A stretch of DNA of 63,198 nt, the filler included, from Octopus bimaculoides (taxonomy: Eukaryota), in the NCBI RefSeq assembly GCF_001194135.2. It is 5 parts of 5 records of this genome, joined end to end, with 100 filler letters (N's around TTAATTAATTAA, not from the genome) between each part and the next. Parts side by side here need not be neighbours in the genome. Positions count along the whole stretch, not along the records: positions 1 to 21,641 come from NC_068986.1; 4 more parts are not named here. One strand, 5' to 3'. Position numbers and translations under genes: made by a program. Positions 1 to 12,574 of this stretch are shown piece by piece. The notes beneath the pieces are model-generated. The model was not told the origin of the DNA. It did not search any database and saw only the letters and a list, made by a program, of their open reading frames with translations. Positions within the stretch are counted from its first letter, which is position 1. Every line of letters starts with the position of its first letter.

Positions 1-332
1 TATATAGCCTTTCTATGTCAGATTTTGGGTGGTGCATCCTATATCCTGTCATTATTTTTCTTGTTTTCCTGTCTATTTTACATAGTTCGTTTAGTGTCCA
101 GTTAAAGATGTTGTAGCTGTAGCTTATAACTGGGACAGCTAAAGTTTTGATAGAGCACTGCTGTGAAATAGGCGTGTAGGATCGAAATGTGTTCCTCACG
201 TGTCCATTTATGCTGTTTTGGTTTTGTTTGCGGGACATGAGGAACAACGTCCGGCCCTTTATTTTGACGGTCATCGTTTTCATAGGGTACCGGTTCGTTT
301 ATTTCTGTTGTTAGATTGTTTTGCACGTTCAT
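1..332 (-). mobile_element. R4/Dong-like non-LTR retrotransposon relic, internally deleted, runs off the window start
   Basis: Minus strand reads an N-terminal motif KWTREEHISILHAYFTAVL. After a junction near 150 it continues in another frame as IKTLAVPVISYSYNIFNWTLNELCKIDRKTRKIMTGYRMHHPKSDIERLYI, typical of the region C-terminal to RT in R4/Dong elements. Confidence 0.8.
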
Positions 333-790
333 ATCTTCGTCCGTCTTTACGTTCTGAGTTCAAATTCCGTCGAGGTTGATTTTGCTTTTCATCCTTTCGA
401 TGTGAATGAATTAAGAACCAGTGAAACGCTGGGCCCAAGGTAATTAACTAGATTCCTCTCCAAACATTTCAGGCCTTTTACCTTTAGTAGAGAAGATTAT
501 TATTATTATTATTGATGTGTTGAACTGGTAGAAGCCTTTCCGCCCCGGGGCAAAATGCTTAGCGGCATTTCGTCCGTCTCTACGTTCTGAATTCAAATTC
601 CACCGAAGTCCACTTTGCCTTTCATCCTCTCGAGGTCGATAAAGTAAGTCTGTTGAACACTGGCCTTGAGCCAAAATTTGAAACCATTATTATTAATCAT
701 TGTTAATGGGGTGAGATGGCAGATTCGTTAGCACTCCGGACGAAATAGTTAGTAACATTTTGGTCTTAAGTTCTGAGTGCAAATTTCGAT
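333..790 (+). mobile_element. Cluster of truncated tRNA-derived SINEs (Meta-domain-like family)
   Basis: Core 'ttctgagttcaaattcc..cgaggt..actttgcctttcatcc' at about 350-400 and 585-630, ATT-repeat tails, and a short third head at about 705-790. Confidence 0.75.
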
Positions 791-900
791 TAGGTTAGTT
801 TTGGTTTTCATCGCTTTGGGACCGATGGTGGTGGTGGTGGTGGTGGTAGTGGTGGTAGTGTAGCTTTTTATTGTTCTTGTTCCTGTTGTTTTTGTCGTTA

Positions 901-950
<50 letters not shown>

Positions 951-981
951 GAGATTTGACATTGACAGTTTACATATTTGT

Positions 982-1205
982 AAGGCGGCGTGCTGGCAGA
1001 ACCGTTAGCACGCCGGACAAAATACTTAGCGGCATTTCGTTCGTCCTTACTTTCTGACTTCAAATTCCGCCGAGATCCACATTGCCTTTCATCCTTTCGG
1101 GGTCGATAAAATAAGTACCATTTGAACACTGGGATCGATGCAATCGACTAACCCCTCCCCACCAAAATTCCTGGCCTTGTGCTAAATTTTCAATCCAGTA
1201 TTGTT
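982..1205 (+). mobile_element. Full-length tRNA-derived SINE (Meta-domain-like family)
   Basis: Head 'aaggcggcgtgctggcagaaccgttagc', central 'gcctttcatcctttcggggtcgataaaataagtacca', 3' 'ggccttgtgctaaattt'. Many further copies occur in the window. Confidence 0.85.
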
Positions 1206-1696
1206 ATATGTAGCAATATAAATTTCTGCCAATGTCACAATACCACAAATGTTGAAGGAAGACTGCACAATCATTATTTGTATTTTTATAGTTGTTGTTA
1301 GCTGTAATTCATCCCTGTTAAATCAATTTTCTGAACAATTCGAGCAAGTTGTGGTCATTTTTCACTTTGTGTAAGCAAAATCTCAGCACATAGTCAATGA
1401 GACATTTGCCAAGAGATGACACACAGCCAAGTCAAGAAGGAGATAAGCATGGTAGCTGAAACCAGCTTAATATGACTGCAAGTGACAGGAGACTGCAAAT
1501 GGAAATGGAATCCTTAAACAGGCAACGACTATTTCAGTGGTCACTTACCCCACCCAGACAAAGCATAAAACCTATGGCGCAAAGTGCAGGTATCCCCGAG
1601 ATGACAGTTAATGATTTACAGAAGGTTTTTTTGCCATATTATGATGGTTTTAGTCTCCACCACAGGAGCTTGTAATACCGCTGAATAACTCCCGTA

Positions 1697-1936
1697 GTTT
1701 CTGATTTCTATATTGCCCACAAGGGGCTTAAACATAGAGGGGACAAACAAGGACAGACAAAGGGATTAAGTCGATTACATCGACCCCAGTGCGTAACTGG
1801 TACTTAATTTATCGACCCAGAAAGGATGAAAGGTAAAGTCGACCTCTGCGGAATTTGAACTCAGAACATAACGGCAAATTAAATACCACTATGCATTTCG
1901 CCCGGCATGCTAACGATTCTGCCAGCACACCGCCGT
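1697..1936 (-). mobile_element. tRNA-derived SINE (Meta-domain-like family)
   Basis: Reverse complement matches the head and central domain of the 982-1205 copy, with a variant 3' tail. Confidence 0.85.
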
Positions 1937-2769
1937 AGTTTCTGTATGGGGAAAGCTTTTCTGATGATAGTAATTTTACCTAGCATTTGCCTGCTTCTAT
2001 CCTAACAGATGGTTCCTATCCTCTTTTTCGTTTAGCTATTACATTAATGTCTGTACGACAATGTGCAGCTTTTCACTTTTCACCATTGTAAAGTCAAATT
2101 CCTTTCTCTTCCATGACTTAAATTATCCAATATAATGAAATGGCCAAAATAAAGAGTAGAGAAAACTCTTCTACAAAAGGGGCTTCAGTTAGACTTTAAA
2201 TTTCTTGTGTTGATCAGCGACTTCTGAAGGTAGTTCACGATGAACGCGCGTGCGATAAAATATTTCCTTGAAACGGGATGATATACATTTGTCCGACGTT
2301 CAAACCGTGATTGCACTGCTTTTTTCATTCAGCATATTTTCGGTAATCATTAATTTGTTGTATATAAGTTAGTGTAGCACAGAAATGGCTTGGGGGCGGG
2401 AATACAAAACATTTGCTTTGCACTCACGTAGTTTCGCGTCTGATACCATTATGACACATCAGACGAAAGTTTTTTGTATTCTAACCCGGAGCTTAATCAT
2501 GCTTTGTGAATGACGTCGTTTGACAGGAATTGCGTGTGAGCTCGTCTTTTTATGTGTGAGCGTAGATATGTGCGTGTGTCTTTCTATGTATCTGTCACTA
2601 TGACTATCTTTTCATTGACACCACTTGAAAAAAACTATGCTTCTAGCGTTCTGTAAATTCCAAGCGGTACGAGATACAGAAAATGATAAAATATGTATTA
2701 AAATTAAAAAGAAATAGTCAGATAGATATGATAGATTAAAACCTTTCGAAGCATTTCTCCTGCATGGGC

Positions 2770-3000
2770 GCTATCTATCTTTTATCTTTTGTCTTTAACT
2801 TGTTTGGGTCATTTCACTGCGGCCATGCGCGATCCGCCTTCTATGATTTTAATCAAATGAATCAACCCTTGTAATTATTTTATGCCTGATATTTTTCTAT
2901 CGGTCCTTTTTGGTGAACGACTAAATTACAGGGACGTAAGCAAAACAACAGCGGTTGTCAATAGCTAGATGACAAACATCGGTTCAAAGACACACACACA
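2770..3000 (-). mobile_element. Degenerate 3' half of CORE-type SINE
   Basis: 'gtcatttcactgcggccatg', 'tatcggtcctttttggtgaacg' and 'ggttgtcaa' match the reverse complement of the 3' half of the 26432-26835 and 56486-56882 copies. Confidence 0.6.
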
Positions 3001-3974
3001 TATGTATATATACATCGGGATTCCACACAGTTTCTGCATACACAATTCACTCGCAAAGCATTGGTCGGCCTGGTACAATGGCAGAAGACGCCCAATATGC
3101 TGCGCAGTCGGACTGAACAACCTGAAACCACATTGTCGCAAAGCGAGCTCCACACCAGTCATGCCTGCCACTAGTTTAACTATTTTTAAAAACCTAACTA
3201 TTATTTAAGTAGCTCTAATGTCTAGCACGCTGTACAACCACATAATAACCTCATCACTGACTCGTGTTATAATTTCCAGTGTACGAAAGATCAAACTATT
3301 TGTGTAAATTATATTTTGTAACCTAAAATATAGGTCATTACTTGTTATTTCACCGTCTTCACGTATCCTGTAATTACTTTTTCCATTCTGTTTCATTATA
3401 CTTTATATATTTTGTTATGTCTTCTCAAATATTGGTCATGTAGAGGTTATACTTGCCATCGTTTTAGCATTGCAGTCGTGTTTCAGCTATTTTGTCTTTA
3501 GTTTTTAGTTTTTAACATTTTCTGTTGTTTTTTCCCCAGTCTCCAGACAATAGCTGTCTGTTACATCAGATTCAGATTTTATATCTGTGGGATTCCTTGA
3601 GGATAGAAAACGCAGCTTTCCTTTTGCTTCTTGTTCTTGATTTGTTTTTGTCCTTTTTTCTTGTTTTTTTTTTGCTATTTTTTTTTTCATTTGTTCATGT
3701 TTTGCAATTATTTCTATTAGATTCCCTTTATTCTTTACAAGATATTTTTGTAGTCCACGAAGAGATATTTTATAACACAATGTTCTACTTGCAAGACACC
3801 CATTCCTCTAGGCATTTCTAGGTTTGCACATATAATCGTTATTTGTCAGATTTTGGGTGATGTATTCTAAATGTAGACATTATTCTTCTTGCATTAGTAT
3901 TTTTTCTCTACAGTATTGCTAATTCACTTAGAGCCCACTTGGGAAGTATTTATATGTATATAATATGCTATACG

Positions 3975-3988
3975 TTACATATATGTAT

Positions 3989-4039
<51 letters not shown>

Positions 4040-4127
4040 ATGTGTGCAATATATGTATATAATATATGTATTATATATATATATATATTATATATATTCA
4101 TATATATATATTATATATATACATATG

Positions 4128-4174
<47 letters not shown>

Positions 4175-4270
4175 AATATATAAATATATATACTATATTT
4201 ATTGTATATGCATATATAATGTGTTAATGTGTGTATGTATGTGTATGTGCATGCATGTGTGTGAATGTGT
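3975..4270. repeat. Compound (TG)n/(TA)n microsatellite
   Basis: Direct reading. Confidence 0.95.
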
Positions 4271-4430
4271 GTATGCATATATCTTCAAATTATGTGTTAC
4301 AAGCAGCTCAATAATGTAAACATTATCAATATTAACGCTCGACGTATGCGCGTTGCTAAACGCTAGGAGCTGCGACTATTCGTCTGGGACGGAAAACCGC
4401 AGTTCCTGGCGTTCAACAGCTAAAACAACA

Positions 4431-4489
<59 letters not shown>

Positions 4490-5997
4490 AATGCAAACAC
4501 ATACATACAATTATGTATATCTGTATATGTATCTTTATGTTTGTGTGTGTATGTATGTATTATAACTTCGACAGCGTTTGTGCATATTACTGCCAGTTCT
4601 GTTTTAAGTATTAATCTTATGTGTCTATAATAACAATTCCAAAACATTCCTTTCGTTTATTTATTTTATATATATTTTTCTCTATTTCTGTAATTTCTAA
4701 GTAATTGTAAGTTAGTTTTTGTCCAAGTCCATCATTCATTTGTTTTCAGTTTTCATAATTCAAATTTCCCAATTGTCCTCAATTTGAATTCCTTAATTCC
4801 TTTCTCTTCTTAGGCATTGTACTGCTCAGCTATTTATCTTTTACCGTGTACAACTTCACATATTCATACACAAGAAAAGGTTTGCCTTTCTCCCGTGGCA
4901 TTTCTATACAAGTTGGTTTTAGAATATTGGTTAAAGGTGTTAACGCCAGATTGTAAAGCAGAAAATCCCTTGTAAATATTTATCTTGTAATAAAAATGAG
5001 CTCCGTTTTTCAAATCTTTTTTATTGTCTGTATTTGCAGAAGTGCAGAATTCTTGGGTAGATATCCATGACAAATTTAAAGGATCTGCTTATTATGGGAG
5101 AAAAATGGGATGATATGGCACAACTGCTTGTACATTCAACCTGTTTTGGGAGTCTAATAGTTTGGGGACCAAGAGGGATGCACACAGACATACACAACAC
5201 ACAAGCTTGCGTAGAAATTTGACAAGTTCTGACTATCGGTTTCGAATCTCGTCGGTTGAACTCTTCTTTTTTTTCAAACCCAAATCGTTTTCTTCTTTCT
5301 TTTATTTATCTGTCACAATATTTTTAAATTTCAGAATTCCAATCTTCATGCATTTGGATAAATGTGAATGATGAACATTGGTGTTTAGTTAATTGCAAAA
5401 GAATTACGTATTTCTCGAAACCATATATAAAAATGATTCCCACGAATAGACATAAGCTAATTATATAGAGAGTGAGATATGCTCACCATACACGCGCACA
5501 CACTCACAGACACACACATACGTACATACATACATATATACATACTATATACATACATACATACATATATATATATATANNNNNNNNNNCATGTGCTGAA
5601 TTTGTCTCTATGTAATTCATTATAAATGGACTGTTGTTTTTATCTTTCTATGACACATGTAGTGAATTATTAATAATGCGCATTAAATAATCGGAGTTAT
5701 ATATATCATAATATATATGATATCTATAAGCGGTCAGAAAGAAAAGCTTGAGTTAGACGAATCGTATGCGACGGAAATTTTAGTTGTACGATCAATGAGA
5801 TAGCATTGCACAGGAAAACATAATCTTATATTACAAACTCGGATGTAACCATCATGAAATACAGACTGAGGAGATGTTTTCAAAAGCAATCTCATTAGTC
5901 AAATGAGGAATAAAGCAATTAAGAACCGAATTAGTGGATTCTTACATGAGTAATACTGTTACGCAAAGAAACAATGCGCTCCTTCATGAAGACAGGT

Positions 5998-6390
5998 GTA
6001 GGTATGGTTGTGTGGTTAAGGAAATCACTTTGCAGTGAAGTGGATTCGGTTCAACTTTACTGCGCGGCACCTTGCAGTATAGCTCTTGGTTGAACAATGC
6101 CTTGTGAGTGAATTTGGGAGGCAGAACTTCCCATCCTAACCATATATGTGTGTGCGTGCCTGAGAAGAGGGGCGGTGTGCATGTGTTTGTGTTTGTGTCT
6201 GTGCGTGTTTTTTTTTCCTTCAGCAATCGACGACCGGCGTTGGTTTGTTTACATGCGATGTAGTAAAAAAGCTTTGATCAAATATTACCAAACTTAAAAA
6301 AAAAACAACCTAAGTTCTAGGAGATTGACTCGTTCGACTAAAACTCTTCAGTGTAATTCTCCAACATGGCTGCACTCCATGACTAAAACA
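5998..6390 (+). mobile_element. Degenerate CORE-type SINE
   Basis: Head 'ggtatggttgtgtggttaagg', core 'gcggcaccttg..tatagc..gccttgtgagtgaatttgg', central GT repeat, 3' 'caacatggctgcactc..atgactaaaac'. Confidence 0.65.
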
Positions 6391-6683
6391 TACAGATAAT
6401 GCAATAAACTAATGAGTTAAGCAAAATAAATTACAACAGACGTTTGAAATAATTTCATTACAAAATTTAACCTGAACAAGTATAGAGTAATGAAGAAAGA
6501 ACTTTAAGTAACCAGTAACATTAATTAATCCAATGACCGAAATTATTTCTGTTATTTCATTTCTTAACGATCGGAATTTATTAGCAAATGATAAGGATTT
6601 CGGCGATGGAGTAACCAGGAAAATGATTTGATCTGAGACTGTGCGTTGAAACTGAAACAATAACACAATGGAAGACATATTGA

Positions 6684-6898
6684 TTTCAAAATTTGGAATA
6701 AGGCCTTCAATTGTGGGGAAGGGTGCAAGTCGCTTACATCAATCCCGCAGTACTCAAGTGTTACCTATTATATCGAAAGTGAAAAGATAAAAGGTGAAAT
6801 CGATCCCGGTGGCATTCGAACTCAGAACGGAAAGCCAGAAGAAATGACGTTAACCATTTTAGCCGGCGTGGTAACAATTCTGCCAGCTCGCCACCTTG
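6684..6898 (-). mobile_element. Degenerate tRNA-derived SINE (Meta-domain-like family)
   Basis: 'gaactcagaacg...aattctgccagctcgccaccttga' is the reverse complement of the family head. Confidence 0.75.
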
Positions 6899-8789
6899 AT
6901 AGAAAAAAATATATTAGCCATTTATAAACACACGCGAAAACTTTTAACTTAACGTAAGCACTCATTACTGATCGTCAAATTTTTCGTCGCACCAACTGCG
7001 ACCTGGTCACTGAGTGCACTATTAATCCTTTTTACTATAAGCACAAGGCTTGAACTTTGTGGGAGGGAGCCAGTCTATTAGCTCGACCTTAATACGCAAC
7101 TGGTACTTAATTTATACACCTGCTTGCTGTTCATACACTTGTCTTCGCCTTTTGTTTTTCTGTAGATTTCANNNNNNNNNNNNNNNNNNNNNNNNNNNNN
7201 NNNNNNNNNNNNNNNNNNNNNNNNNNNNNNNNNNNNNNNNNNNNNNNNNNNNNNNNNNNNNNNNNNNNNNNNNNNNNNNNNNNNNNNNNNNNNNNNNNNN
7301 NNNNNNNNNNNNNNNNNNNNNNNNNNNNNNNNNNNNNNNNNNNNNNNNNNNNNNNNNNNNNNNNNNNNNNNNNNNNNNNNNNNNNNNNNNNNNNNNNNNN
7401 NNNNNNNNNNNNNNNNNNNNNNNNNNNNNNNNNNNNNNNNNNNNNNNNNNNNNNNNNNNNNNNNNNNNNNNNNNNNNNNNNNNNNNNNNNNNNNNNNNNN
7501 NNNNNNNNNNNNNNNNNNNNNNNNNNNNNNNNNNNNNNNNNNNNNNNNNNNNNNNNNNNNNNNNNNNNNNNNNNNNNNNNNNNNNNNNNNNNNNNNNNNN
7601 NNNNNNNNNNNNNNNNNTTGTTTACATGTCTTCAATGTGGTTGACAATTGTAAATATTCGGAAAGAATTCAAGGTAGAAATATAAGCAAATAGTGTATTG
7701 ATATTTTAGTTTGTAGAAATTCTGTCCTTCATTTTGAAATTAGCAATTTAGAATCACAACAAATAAAAGAAAAATTCTGATAGAATCTTCTTTATATTCT
7801 TACATTTTTGCTTCACTCTTCAAAGATTTAAAGGATTTTAATTTTTTTTTTTTGATAACTATGATCACACATATTTCAGGTCTTCTATTTCTTCAAATGG
7901 CTGGTGTTAGGGAAGAAAGTGATGGATTTCAAATTAAAATGTGAAGAAAACTAACTGATTGTAGATAGTGGCAAGACTCTATAGCTAAAATAAAAATTCA
8001 ATCTATTTAACATTCTGTATCAGATTATCAGTGTGCTGAATATAATTGAAGAAGAAATCAAGTTATAAGTCTAGCCAAACAGCAATTACCTTGCGAAAAT
8101 CTGATTTTTTTTTATTTCTGAAGCGAACAGCTTTGGAACATAGTTTGATAATAAAAAAGAAAGTGATATCTACCATTTGTAATTACGTTCATCAGAAGTC
8201 TAATTTGACGGACAAGCCTAGAGCAGAATACAGAATGTAGACCTGTATAGACTAGAAAAGCTAAGTAAAAGCTAAGCATTTATCTCAAAGACAAGTTATA
8301 TTAAGTCATTCAAAGAAACATTTCCATCCAATTCGACGCTGTTTACCTTCTCGTTCTGCTTCTAACAGTTATTTATGATTTTTGGCACAACTCTAGCAGC
8401 TATAAAGAGATGCGTAAATTGATTGCATCATACCCATTATACTGTACTTTATTTTATCGATCCCAAAAAAGATGATTTGAACTCAGAACGTAAAGAATCT
8501 AAAGAAATGCTGCAAAGCAGTTTATTCAACGTCCAGTACTTTTTCCATCACCCCTCAATTTGTTTCTTCTCGTTCATTTTTGCTGTATGTTTGATCCGTT
8601 TTTGCTTGTTTTGTGGCAGTGAGTTCAGATTCTTCAAATATTTTAGGATTAATGCTAAGTTCCCTTTCGAATTTGCAAGCTTCCTTGACAATCGAATGTG
8701 ATTTTTTGCTGCTTTCGTGTTTGTACTCAAGCCACAGCATCCAGTCCTTCTATACTAGATAAGTACCTATTCATTGCTGTTGTGGAGGT

Positions 8790-10460
8790 CTTACAGCACA
8801 GCTCTACCTCCATCATTCTTCTTTCCCTATTATTTCTAGGTGGATACAGACGGTCAACATCTGTTTTGGGTGGTGCATTTTCTTAGAAGTTATTAGTTTT
8901 CTTGTCTGCCTGTCCAGGCGTTGGATCTCTACAAGATTCCAGTTAATAATGTTAGAACTATATTGGGCTACTGGAAGTGCCAGGGTGTTGATGCGATTTT
9001 TAGAGTTAAGTTCAGCTTTTAGTATGAGTCTCATTCTCCTGTAATATTCCTTTCTTGTGTTTTCTTTCGTGGTAGCATGTTTATACCATCTCCTCCGTTT
9101 ATTCTCAGGTATTTGTAATTTTCTTGTACGTCAAGCTCCTTGGTGGTAGTGTCGGTGTCTAATTTAATGGAAGCTGCTTTTTCTGAGCTTGCCTCTTACA
9201 AAATTTGTCCACTCGATATTGTTATTGAATTCTTTAACAGTTGTTAGTAGCCCTATTAGCTCTTTTTCATTTCTAGCGAACAGCTTCAGACCGTCCATAT
9301 AAAACAGATGGTTTATTGTCGTGTTGTAAACTTTGAACCCATACCTATTCAGTTGTAGTATTATGGTATGCTTGCTTACTCCATATCTTACCCCAGAAAA
9401 GTCGATTTTCATCAGCATCAGGGACTAACGCTTCATGCGTTTTATCGGTATTAATCTATTGGTAAGACCTGTTTTGGTCGATTCTAAACAATTTGTCATG
9501 CTGGTATTGCTTAATCCGTTGTTCAGACGTAGTTAGTTTTTTTTTTTCTTTCTTGCATCTACGCTCTGCTTCAGTTCTTCATTTATAACATCCAGGCCTT
9601 TTGTATCTATACCATACTTCTTCCTAACTTTTTCGAATTACTATTCATTCTTAAGTTCTCGATTTCTTTTCCTTACAAGTATTGACACTACACTGTTCAA
9701 GGAATTTATATCTTCAGAAATTCTCCTTTGCCACCATGATTGTTATTTCCTCTTCTATCTGTCGTTGATCTATTCTCAGTAGTTCTCAATCCCATCCTTT
9801 CCGCCACAATCCAACTAGCAGCCTTGATAAGATTTGTTTGTGTGATGTTCATTATTTCAATGTGTCTCAATACATTATTGACTTTACTCGTCTCTTGGTT
9901 TAGGCTCTATTGGTTAGCCTTCTTAAAGTCGCGCATAAAATCTGTCCCTTCTGTATTTAACAGAGCCAAAATTCTGTCCATTATTAATCGATCTTCATTA
10001 TTTGTATAGTCACTGATCTCAATTCTTTCACAATTCACGGTATTATATTCCTGCGAACAACTGTCCATCTCTTTCACTGTGCCACTTTTGTTTCTCGCAT
10101 GCCTATCCTCACCCGATGTCCTTCTTTTAATAGCTTCTACCTCCAATTCTGTTAATCATCCTTTCGTTTGTGTTTCTCTTGCTGGGTCATATAATCTCTG
10201 TTCAGTAATTTCGAACAGTTCCATTGTCTTCCATTCATTGGGCATTCGTTTACTGCGCCCTTTGACAGTCACGCCATTCGCATCCACTGAGGTGCTCCGT
10301 TAGTAACACTCCATAACCATCATGTTTACTTGTCTATTCTACTGATGTCTTGTAGAATGGCTAGCAGTTCCTAGATTACGATCGGACCCACACTGCTGCA
10401 AGGTGAGGCACCTTCCTAGAAGGGCACCCTCATGCTTTTTTATCATTTCTGTAGTTATGT
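8790..10460 (-). mobile_element. R4/Dong-like non-LTR retrotransposon relic lacking most of RT
   Basis: Minus-strand fragments: EITEQRLYDPARETQTKG*LTELEVEAIKRR (N-terminal); PDADENRLFWGKIWSKQAYHN; INHLFYMDGLKLFARNEKEL (degenerate YMDD RT motif); LNSKNRINTLALPVAQYSSNIINWNLVEIQRLDRQTRKLITSKKMHHPK. Stops and frameshifts throughout. Confidence 0.85.
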
Positions 10461-10539
10461 TTATATCTTCTTAGACTGCTATATTTCCTAACCTATCATG
10501 GATTTCATGCAGCGACTCCGCTTCATGATTATGCTCTAC

Positions 10540-11630
10540 AAGTTGGTCCCAAAATCCCTCTCCTTTCTTGCATGAGTTCAAGCTTGAGCGCAATGCCTCC
10601 CATACTGCTGCCAATGTCAACACGGCATGGGGAGAGAGGTCCACAAGTGATAGCACAGTACGAAGGTGGTTTCAGAAATTCCGAAGTTGGGATGAGAGCC
10701 TTGAAGATGAAAAAGGTAGAGGACGGTCATGCAGTCTTGACAGTGAACAATTGAAAGTAATTATTAAACAAAACTTACGTCAAAGCTTCAGAGAAATGTT
10801 TCATGCACTTGGTGTTGCTATTGCAACGGTCTCATGCAATATGCAGAAGATTGGTAAGTTGAAAAACTCGATAGATGGGTACCGCATGAACTCAATGAAA
10901 ATCAAAATGTTCGACGTTTTCAAGTGTGCTCGATGCTCTTTCTGCGAAACACCAATGATCCTTTTTTTGACCGAATCGTCTCTTGTGACGAAAAATGTAT
11001 CCTTCATGATAACCGTAAACGATCAGGTGAATGACTTGATCGTGATGAGTCTTGCAAACATTTCAAACAACGAAAGTTGCATCAGTAAAGATTATGATGA
11101 CTGTCTGGTAGTCTGCAACTGGTTTTGTCCATTACAGCTTTCTGGAAGCCCATCAGAATATTACAGCAGAGGTTTACTTCAATCAACTCGCTGAAATGCA
11201 TGCTAACTTTCAAAAAATGAGAGCAGCATTGTTGAATTGACGTCGCCCAATTCTGCTCCACGATAATGCAAAGCCACATGTTGCAAGAATGACCCTCCAG
11301 AAACTCACAGACTTGGGATACGAGGCTTTACCACATCCTCCATATTCTCCTGATCTTTCACCCACTGACTACCATTTTTTAAAGCATTTAAACACGTTTT
11401 TAAGTTATAAAACTTTCAGGTCCAAACCAGAGTTGGAATCATCTTTCAAACATTTCTTAGTATCAAAGCCAATAAGTTTTTATCAATTAGGCATAAATAA
11501 TCTCGTTGATCGATGGCAGAGATACATAGATGTTCACGGCTCATAGTTTGACTAATCAAAACATTTCCATTGTTAATTATTCTAGAATAAAATTATGTTT
11601 CTGAAATCGGCCATTATTTTCGCAGCAACC

Positions 11631-11632
<2 letters not shown>
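10540..11632 (+). mobile_element. Mariner (Hsmar1/SETMAR-like) transposon relic with right TIR
   Basis: HEFKLERNASHTAANVNTAWGE..TVRRWFQKFRSWDESLEDEKGRGR; 'ttctgctccacgataatgca' encodes LLHDNA; ALPHPPYSPDLSPTDYHFLKHL. The right end reverse-complements to TAGGTTGCTGCGAAAATAATGGCCGATT, resembling the Hsmar1 TIR. Frameshifted, and no left TIR found. Confidence 0.9.
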
Positions 11633-11687
<55 letters not shown>

Positions 11688-11817
11688 CATCATCATCATC
11701 ATCATCATCACCATCATCAGTATTATTATTATTCATACTGTTACTGCAAGTACTACTGCCACGACTACTGCTACTACAACCACCACCACCACCGCCACTA
11801 CTACTACAACCACCACC
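11632..11817. repeat. (TTA)n-(CAT)n-(CAC/TAC)n compound trinucleotide tract
   Basis: Direct reading. Confidence 0.95.
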
Positions 11818-12009
11818 NNNNNNNNNNNNNNNNNNNNNNNNNNNNNNNNNNNNNNNNNNNNNNNNNNNNNNNNNNNNNNNNNNNNNNNNNNNNNNNNNNN
11901 NNNNNNNNNNNNNNNNNNNNNNNNNNNNNNNNNNNNNNNNNNNNNNNNNNNNNNNNNNNNNNNNNNNNNNNNNNNNNNNNNNNNNNNNNNNNNNNNNNNN
12001 NNNNNNATA

Positions 12010-12040
<31 letters not shown>

Positions 12041-12469
12041 GCATGTATGAATGTAATGTATGTATGTATGTATGTATGTATGTATGTATGTATGCTTGTA
12101 TGCGTGTATGCATGCATGTCTGTATGTGTGTTTGTATGTATGTACGCATGCCTGTATGTGTATTATTTTTTTTATAGTATCATCCGTCAATCGTATCATC
12201 AATTTCTTTCAAACCATTTAAATAAAAATCAAAACATTAGCTGAAATGAATTATCTCAGAGATTTGCTTTCAATCTGATATGGTAAAATATTACATGAAT
12301 ACAAGATGAACAGAAAAAACAGCAAAATAAGTGCATCGAATGTTATTTCAAAATGTCTTACAAGATCTTCAGCGTTTAAAAGCGAAAAAAGAGAAAGAAA
12401 ATTAAAAAAAACTGTTATTCAGTTAATCAGCGATAATTCATATGAACAACACTCACAACTATGTAGTTG

Positions 12470-12509
12470 ATAATGATGATGATGCCAAAGCTGCAGATGA
12501 GGAAGTTGT

Positions 12510-12574
<65 letters not shown>

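Noticed and set aside
2431-2520. Small hairpin GTCTGAT/ATCAGAC followed by GAAA, and a CRE-like TGACGTC in a CpG-richer patch
   Set aside because: There is no CUGANGA core on either strand. A 7-bp motif alone cannot support a promoter call.
3205-3821. Lysine-rich ORF 3505-3780 and neighbours
   Set aside because: It is driven by T/A tracts, has no recognisable domain or splice context, and is possibly an unidentifiable TE remnant.
7050-7685. Long ORFs spanning N runs (also 15703-16755, 23900-24646, 49798-50178)
   Set aside because: They are open only because N translates to X.
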